From a virus (taxonomy: Duplodnaviria; Caudoviricetes): 39,774 nt of DNA. Made by a program: the position numbers and the translations under genes. The notes beneath the pieces are model-generated. The model was not told where the DNA came from, searched no databases, and saw nothing but the letters and a program-made list of their open reading frames with translations. Positions within the stretch are counted from its first letter, which is position 1. Each line of letters opens with the position of its first letter. Shown here piece after piece: positions 34,392 through 39,774 of this stretch. The stretch lies in the IMG/VR virus record IMGVR_UViG_3300050153_000029, positions 1 through 39,774 of that record; one strand, given 5' to 3'.

Positions 34392-35399
34392 CTAACTCCG
34401 GGTAAAACGTCTAACTTTCAGTGCCTTTGGCAAGCTGTTGGCCTTGGTCGTCTTAACGGTTTTGCCCTCGGTGTATTGCTCCGTCATCCGCATGGTTGCG
34501 TGGCCCAAAAGCCCCTGCGCTTGCTCCTTGCCCGCCTCAATTGTCTTGTCGATGCCTGCGCGGCCACGCAGGTCGTGGATATGCAGATCCTCAAGGCCGC
34601 AACGCACCAGAGCGCGATCCCATGCCGACTTCACCCCCGAGTAGGTGTACGGTGATCCGTTTCGGGTCTTGATGACGTGGCCGATGCGTTGACCAGTGCC
34701 GCACGCGTTGACCGTGGCGCGCAAATCGTCAGACCACCCGATAACCTGGGCGGTGCCCGTCTTCTGCTGGACGATGTGCAGGCCGTCCGCTTTCACGTCT
34801 TGCCATCGCAACTTGATGATGTCGCCCACGCGCAGGCCCGTCAGAATGGCGATGTCGAACACGGCCAGAATCCCGGCAGTGTGGGTGCCCACGCTCAGGG
34901 CGGCACGCATCGTCACCAGATCGTCGTCCGTGACCATGCGTTTGCGTGCATCGACCTTGGCGCCCTTGATGTTGTCCACCGGGTTGAATCCTTCGCGGTG
35001 GCCGTGCACAGCGGCATAGCGCAGGATCTGCGACAAGACGCCCCGCGCCACGTTGTAGTAGCGTGGCTTTGCGGCCCACTTCTTCAGGAATTGGTTTGCG
35101 TCCGGCGTTGTGACATCCGAAGCGTGATACTCGGCGAATGCCTTGCAGATCAGCGCGCCGATGGCCTCACGATCCTTGCGCGTGCTGGTCGCCCATTGGG
35201 GGCGCATCTCGTCAAGCCATGCGGTCGTGATGGCGGGCATGGAGCCGGGAGTGTCTAGCCGTTCCGTGATCCGGGCCATCGCGCGGAACACGGCGGTCAG
35301 GCCCTCACGCTCGGCGCACAGGCGGTGCCACTTGCGGGCCATGTCCACGTAGTAGACGGCCCCGTGCTTGACGTAGCACCGTTTTGGCAGGCCTTTCAT
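34392..35399 (-). CDS. int: Tyrosine integrase
   Basis: TGLRVGDI, QQKTG, HIHDLR, LLGH...TEQY catalytic residues; ATGA overlap with the xis-like gene. Confidence 0.95.
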   Translation of the reverse strand: MKGLPKRCYVKHGAVYYVDMARKWHRLCAEREGLTAVFRAMARITERLDTPGSMPAITTAWLDEMRPQWATSTRKDREAIGALICKAFAEYHASDVTTPDANQFLKKWAAKPRYYNVARGVLSQILRYAAVHGHREGFNPVDNIKGAKVDARKRMVTDDDLVTMRAALSVGTHTAGILAVFDIAILTGLRVGDIIKLRWQDVKADGLHIVQQKTGTAQVIGWSDDLRATVNACGTGQRIGHVIKTRNGSPYTYSGVKSAWDRALVRCGLEDLHIHDLRGRAGIDKTIEAGKEQAQGLLGHATMRMTEQYTEGKTVKTTKANSLPKALKVRRFTRS

Positions 35400-35614
35400 A
35401 CGGCTTGCAACCTGGGGCGCCTGGCTTCGCGTGCTGCTTGCTGTTCGCCTCTGCACACGGCTTCATAGTGCGCTCGCTCAAGGATGACGGCGCCAGTCAG
35501 TGAGCGACGAGCGCGCCAGAATCCTTGGCGGCGCAACTCGTCCACCTGCTTGCCTGGCTGCTTGTATCCGGTCATGGCCTCAATCGTGGCCGCGTCGATC
35601 AGGTCCATGCTCAC
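35396..35614 (-). CDS. Excisionase-like protein (DUF4224)
   Basis: IEAMTGYKQPGKQVDELRRQG; immediately upstream of int. Confidence 0.8.
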   Translation of the reverse strand: MSMDLIDAATIEAMTGYKQPGKQVDELRRQGFWRARRSLTGAVILERAHYEAVCRGEQQAAREARRPRLQAV

Positions 35615-35805
35615 CCCTCCCCACTGTCGCCAGCGGCAACTCGGGCCATGAACGATCTGACGGCCTCGCGCATTTTTTTGGCCACATGGTATTCATCGGG
35701 GCCTTCTTTAAGGGTCCACAACGGGAGCCCATACTCGTACTTGTCGCAAGCTTCGGCAATTCTGCTCAACTCAATCAGCAGGGCGTCAATATCTGCATTT
35801 TTCAT
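35611..35805 (-). CDS. Hypothetical protein
   Basis: MKNADIDAL start with GGAGG SD; overlaps with neighbours. Confidence 0.65.
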   Translation of the reverse strand: MKNADIDALLIELSRIAEACDKYEYGLPLWTLKEGPDEYHVAKKMREAVRSFMARVAAGDSGEG

Positions 35806-36002
35806 CACGCACCTCCAAAAAGCTCGCCCGTGAGCGTGTCGCGGGTGGGGATGTGAAACTTGCACCAGAACGCGATGATCGCGGGCGGTGTCATCGGCTC
35901 GCCTGTTGCTGTGCGGCGCGCGCAGCTTTCGCAGCCATCACGCCAGCCCTCGGAATCTGAGCCCACGCCAGGGCAGCGGGCAACGTCTGCGGGGAGGGTC
36001 AT
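35805..36002 (-). CDS. Cys-rich small protein
   Basis: LPADVARCPG...CESCARR...C. Confidence 0.7.
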   Translation of the reverse strand: MTLPADVARCPGVGSDSEGWRDGCESCARRTATGEPMTPPAIIAFWCKFHIPTRDTLTGELFGGA

Positions 36003-36298
36003 GCGGCACTATCCCCGAATAAATCTACCGTATTGGGGCAACGCTCGGGCGGTACAGGTTTACCGTGCTCAATGTATGAGGTACAGATAACGCCCCCCTC
36101 TAGCAGGATGCGCCATTGAACTGCCTCTCCGCGAAACGATGCCGCGATGATGTCGCATCTTTCGTTATCGTCACACTCGTCTATGTCTACACCCTCACGC
36201 ATTGCCTTGTCTCGCGTGCATGTTGAGCATGTGGATTCGAGGAATGAATAACCCTCTGTGCCATTGCTGGGGGTCCATTGTTCGCCGGGTAGGGTCAT
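35999..36298 (-). CDS. Cys-rich hypothetical protein
   Basis: PSNGTEG..F...CSTC.RD, RCPNTVDLF. Confidence 0.75.
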   Translation of the reverse strand: MTLPGEQWTPSNGTEGYSFLESTCSTCTRDKAMREGVDIDECDDNERCDIIAASFRGEAVQWRILLEGGVICTSYIEHGKPVPPERCPNTVDLFGDSAA

Positions 36299-36567
36299 GG
36301 CTTAGATCCCTTCGCCTTTGCGCGCAACTCGTCCATGTCGTCATCGCTGCGGCACTGACTGATTGCATGGTCAATGGCTGCACGTAAGCCGGGCCATTCG
36401 TCGGGATTGATCTGGATCTTTCCCAGGTCCGTGCGGCCTGTTTGATTGACCTCTATAAACTCGCCGCCAGACTCATCAGTGATGTTGATTTGCGTTGACA
36501 TTTCGGAGTACACCGGCTCACCTATGGGCGCAACAGTCCAAGCGACTACGCGGGTTTCGATGGTCAT
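36295..36567 (-). CDS. Hypothetical phage protein
   Basis: MTIETRV start in an ATGA overlap; ITDESGGEFIEV...INPDEWP. Confidence 0.75.
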   Translation of the reverse strand: MTIETRVVAWTVAPIGEPVYSEMSTQINITDESGGEFIEVNQTGRTDLGKIQINPDEWPGLRAAIDHAISQCRSDDDMDELRAKAKGSKP

Positions 36568-36851
36568 TGCTTGCCTTTCAGTGCCTCGATGACCCTTACG
36601 CAGTCTCCAATCGCTTGCATATAACCGATGTCTTGCGGGCGCCCGGTATCGTCCGTAAGCTGCTCCGCCTTGCACACCCCTGCCGCATCCTCCAGCGCCT
36701 GAGCGCGGGCGGATTCGGTTTCGGTGATGGGCACGAACTTCAAGCCGCAGGCTTTGCAAGACCACATACCAACAGGGCCGGTGCCATCTTCAAAGTGCCA
36801 CGATTGAAGCTGATCGTGTGAGCACTCGGTTTGCTCTCTTGTGGGTGTCAT
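36564..36851 (-). CDS. Zn-ribbon-containing hypothetical protein
   Basis: CSH...WSCKACG; ATGA overlaps. Confidence 0.7.
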   Translation of the reverse strand: MTPTREQTECSHDQLQSWHFEDGTGPVGMWSCKACGLKFVPITETESARAQALEDAAGVCKAEQLTDDTGRPQDIGYMQAIGDCVRVIEALKGKQ

Positions 36852-37147
36852 GGGGCAATCTCCGGCGTAGATGCGGGCTCACCGATCAGCCATTCCTTCG
36901 GGTCAAAATCGGCCAGGTCTTCGGCGTGCTCGTCGGCCCCATGCGTCCACTCAATGACCTGCGCCTTGATCTCATCAAACGTGACGCCCCATTGGGTCAG
37001 TTTCTCGGGGTTGCGGTCGAAGAACTCCCGCATCGTCGCGTTGTGACATGCCGCCATGTGCTCGGCCATGGCCTTGCTGGGTGCTGCGTACAGGTCATTA
37101 GGCCCAGGGATGCGAATGCACCAGAGTCCTTCGGGTATGGGTGTCAT
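36848..37147 (-). CDS. Hypothetical phage protein
   Basis: LWCIRIPGPNDLYAAPS; ATGA overlaps. Confidence 0.75.
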   Translation of the reverse strand: MTPIPEGLWCIRIPGPNDLYAAPSKAMAEHMAACHNATMREFFDRNPEKLTQWGVTFDEIKAQVIEWTHGADEHAEDLADFDPKEWLIGEPASTPEIAP

Positions 37148-37518
37148 GGGTGGTCTTTCCGCTCAAAATAGAAGACGACGGGCCCAGATGCCAGCGACAC
37201 AAGGCCATAGCGCACAGCGCGCCGAAACGTGCTGACATCGCGCAGCAGCACATCGTTGCTTCGCTGGATCATCTGCCGCCAGTCTTCAAGGCTTAGGCTG
37301 TGCTTGTCTATGTTGCAGGGAGGGCAAGCCGGGTTCAGGTTATGGATGGTGTCGCGCTCGGGCCAGTCCGGTGCGCGAGGTGCTTTCAACCAGTCATTGC
37401 GGACGACAGGCTCAATGTGATCTGCATGCCAACGCTCGGGCAGCATGTGTCCGCAATAGGCGCACCGGCCTTGGTACTTGAGCCGCACTTGTTCGCGTTT
37501 CGCTTTAGTGAGCTTCAT
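37144..37518 (-). CDS. HNH endonuclease
   Basis: GRCAYCG, WHADHIEP, NLNPACPPCNIDK. Confidence 0.9.
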   Translation of the reverse strand: MKLTKAKREQVRLKYQGRCAYCGHMLPERWHADHIEPVVRNDWLKAPRAPDWPERDTIHNLNPACPPCNIDKHSLSLEDWRQMIQRSNDVLLRDVSTFRRAVRYGLVSLASGPVVFYFERKDHP

Positions 37519-38264
37519 CACACCCCCTCTGCAACTGGTGGGGCGCCTTTTGCTGATTCGATGGCGCGGTCCCATGCTCGCTGCGCTGAATCAAGTGCAG
37601 CAACGTTGTGCGTGGAAAGCGTTTCGCCCACGCGCTGCTTGAGATTGAACGCTGTGTTGCTGAGTGTGTGCCCTGCCGCCAGCATGTAGCCTGCCGTGTC
37701 GATTGCATGGGCCTTTTCTCGCTTCAGCCTCTCCACCTCTGCCCGCAGTGCTGCGACAGCCTCCACGATCTGGGAGGGGGAGGATGCCAGCGGGTCAATG
37801 CCGACAGCCTGAGCAAGTTCCTGGCCCATGCGAACAAGCGCGATGGCCTCGGCCTCTTGCATGGTCGCGCAGGCGCGCTCACGGGCCAGCAGTGAGTCGC
37901 GCTCGGCTTTGAGTGCTGCGACTTGCTCGGGGATGTCGAGATAGCTCCACAGTTTCACGGGCGTCTCTGGTCCACGCAGGATCACCACGGTTTCGTCCAA
38001 CAGCTTCGACATTTTGTAAACCACATGCATGTCTTGGTCGCGCTCCGCCCTTGCTGCGGCAAGCTCTGCGCTCAGTGCCTGCGTGGATGCCAGCATTTGA
38101 GCGGCATCGTCGGTGGCAATGTGCAGATCGGTCTTGGCTTGGGCAAGCTCTGCGCTCAGTGTGCGGAGTGAGTCGGCCTGAGCTTCGGCCAGCGACTCCA
38201 GCATGATCCGGCTCATTGCCGATACTGGCCACGCAGGCGCCTCGGGGGTGGGGTGGGTTGTCAT
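37518..38264 (-). CDS. Modular coiled-coil early protein (Ead-like)
   Basis: Repeated LSAELA/LKAERD/LRAEVERL segments; GGAG SD. Confidence 0.75.
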   Translation of the reverse strand: MTTHPTPEAPAWPVSAMSRIMLESLAEAQADSLRTLSAELAQAKTDLHIATDDAAQMLASTQALSAELAAARAERDQDMHVVYKMSKLLDETVVILRGPETPVKLWSYLDIPEQVAALKAERDSLLARERACATMQEAEAIALVRMGQELAQAVGIDPLASSPSQIVEAVAALRAEVERLKREKAHAIDTAGYMLAAGHTLSNTAFNLKQRVGETLSTHNVAALDSAQRAWDRAIESAKGAPPVAEGV

Positions 38265-38389
38265 GGTGTTTGCTCTCCTTGGCAGCATGGGCAGGGCAGA
38301 AGGTAGTCAGTCATCGGGTCGCGGCCATCACCATGGCAGCGATCGCATTCGGGCTCGTCCGCCCAATCGTCATCCGTGTCGTCGTCCAT
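38261..38389 (-). CDS. Small Zn-finger protein (MDDDTDDDWADEPECDRCHGDG...CPCCQG), 42 aa
   Basis: Manually translated; CxxCxGxG motif; ATGA overlap. Confidence 0.6.
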   Translation of the reverse strand: MDDDTDDDWADEPECDRCHGDGRDPMTDYLLPCPCCQGEQTP

Positions 38390-38452
38390 GTCTCTGCTCT
38401 CATGGTTTGGGGTGGTCAGGCTGTGGCCCGGTGGTGTGCCGGGTGGGTGGGG

Positions 38453-38587
38453 TCAGGCGTAGATTTGTGCCATTGCTTCAAAAAATGCGGCCTTGTCGGT
38501 AATCCAGCCGGATTTATCGCACTGATACAGAACCCAGGCCAGTTCGCGCTGATTGTCAAGCCATGCCCGCTTTACTTGAATTGCCAT
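38453..38587 (-). CDS. Small hypothetical protein (MAIQVKRAWLDNQRELAW...), 44 aa
   Basis: GGAG SD and its own promoter. Confidence 0.6.
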   Translation of the reverse strand: MAIQVKRAWLDNQRELAWVLYQCDKSGWITDKAAFFEAMAQIYA

Positions 38588-38619
38588 GTTGCTCTCCGGT
38601 TGCGTTGTTCGATGGTGTT

Positions 38620-38671
38620 AATGTAGTGCGAAAACAAATGCCTGTCAACTGTTTTCGTCGTGCTGTATCAT
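38620..38671. promoter_or_regulatory. Divergent promoters with inverted-repeat operator
   Basis: Minus strand TTGACA (38648-43), 17 bp, TACATT (38625-20); plus strand TATCAT 38666-71; CGAAAACA-N13-TGTTTTCG at 38629-38657. Confidence 0.65.
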
Positions 38672-38677
38672 TCGCGC

Positions 38678-38857
38678 ATGGAAGACACCAAACGCCCCCC
38701 GAACGACAGAGGTCAAGGACGCAAGCCGATTAAGGCGGGCGAAGAAACCGTGACTGTCAGCCTCCGCATGACACCGACCCAGCGCAACAAGCTCTCAAGG
38801 CTGGGCGGAGCTTCTTGGATGCGGGAGCGCATCGACAAGGCGAAAGAGCCAGCCTAG
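38678..38857 (+). CDS. Ribbon-helix-helix-like DNA-binding protein
   Basis: RGQGRKP...TVTVSLRMTPTQRNKLSRLGGASWMRERID. Confidence 0.75.
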   Translation: MEDTKRPPNDRGQGRKPIKAGEETVTVSLRMTPTQRNKLSRLGGASWMRERIDKAKEPA

Positions 38858-39752
38858 TCACGCATCAGTCGCCCCATTGCTGGTGATGCCGTGGTGGGCC
38901 TCTGCTGCGTCGATTCCAGCGAAGAACGCCACAACTTGCCGAGTCGCTCTGATGCCGCGATGGGCCGCCATCCGGCTACGCTGCATGCTGTCCATCCTGA
39001 CCATTTTGGTGACGCCGACGAAATGGTCCGCCTCCGTCATCGCCACCCGTGCCGCTGGCTGTGCTGGCTGGGGTGCGGTGTACAGCCTGGTGCCGATCTT
39101 GACTGGGGGCCAGATGTAGCCTGTGCGCTCATCTCGACGGTCGTTGTGCAAGTTGTCGATTGCCACGGTTGTCACCTCCCCGCTGGGCTGTGCTGCCTTG
39201 AGCACGGGCACGATCAGCCCAGCGATGCGCTCGCGCAGTTGCTGCTGGCCGTGGAACTCAATGGCGATGTCGCGCAGCTTGTTGACCAGGGCGGCAATTT
39301 CGCCGTCCTTCATGCTGGGCTGTGCCTGCTTGGGGCACTTGTCGCAGTAGCCACCAAGCCCGCACGTGCCGCCGTCGCAAGGTGCGCGCTGTGCCTGCTC
39401 CTGGCTGGCCTTGAGCCGAGTGTTCTCTTTTGTCAACGCCTCTACTTGAGCGTAAAGATCAGCGACATCCTCAACAACCCCCCGCTTCGGGCCCTGCCCA
39501 AAAGCACCGACAGCAGCAGCGTGCATATCGGCGACGAGTTTGCAGGCGCTGTGGTAGCCTTTCTCAAGTTGAGCAATGCGGGCCTGCTCCTGGCTGGCGG
39601 GTGGGGTGGCAAGGCAAAGTGGCACGGTCCATTTGCCGTGTTTTGCGAACATGAAAATGCTTTCGCCGGGGCCTTTGCCAAAGTCAGCCACATCATCCGG
39701 AGTCACCCAAGCCACAGCCTCCCCGCTCGCGGGCTGTGCCGGTGCAGAGAGG
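38858..39752 (-). CDS. 3' part of modular early protein (start at 239 across the junction)
   Basis: EAVAW, LYTAPQPAQP and SQEQA linkers; frame open through the terminal repeat. Confidence 0.8.
39627..39752. repeat. Terminal direct repeat copy 2
   Basis: Identical to 1-126. Confidence 0.95.
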
Positions 39753-39774
39753 GCGGCGCTGATGGCCTTGTTGG

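Larger units (their letters stand above)
1..39752. mobile_element. Complete temperate phage genome (lambdoid regulation, podovirus-type morphogenesis), extrachromosomal/circular form
   Basis: Integrase, intact attP, cI/cro, replication, terminase, portal, capsid, tail and lysis genes are all present; no host genes; the two ends overlap by 126 bp. Confidence 0.95.

Noticed and set aside
32924-38857. Genome-wide TAG reassignment
   Set aside because: Only one interrupted gene; int, the RHH gene and ORF 32924 end plausibly at TAG; no suppressor tRNA

Overview
The window is an apparently complete, circularly permuted temperate phage genome. Bases 1-126 equal 39627-39752, giving a unit length of about 39,626 bp. 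It has a lambdoid regulatory layout, a podovirus-type (P22/SU10-like) virion module and probably a Burkholderiales/Betaproteobacterial host. Gene order: leftward early operon (DUF6948-like gene, Gly-Tyr repeat gene, Imm5-like Ala-repeat gene, RecT, modular small proteins); immunity region (short cI, cro, five 16-bp operators, near-consensus PL and PR); cII-like gene; replication initiator with iterons plus loader; nin-like genes; Q-like gene, PR' and tR'; terminase, portal, scaffold, capsid, adaptor/nozzle, ejection proteins, tail fibre and two SGNH-type esterases; holin(s), M15 endolysin and Rz/Rz1; intact attP (3' half of tRNA-Arg UCU), tyrosine integrase and xis-like gene. The most interesting unexplained signals are several highly structured non-coding RNA candidates (a four-way junction with a CCUCCC loop after cro, a ~300-nt multi-branch element after the lysis cassette, two ACCA-tailed hairpins), two codon-perfect repeat proteins at the head of the PL operon, evidence of in-frame module swapping at short AQP linkers, an amber-interrupted gene, and a leader sequence shared by three leftward promoters. 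All calls come from reading the sequence by eye; no searches were run, and family names are from recalled similarity.
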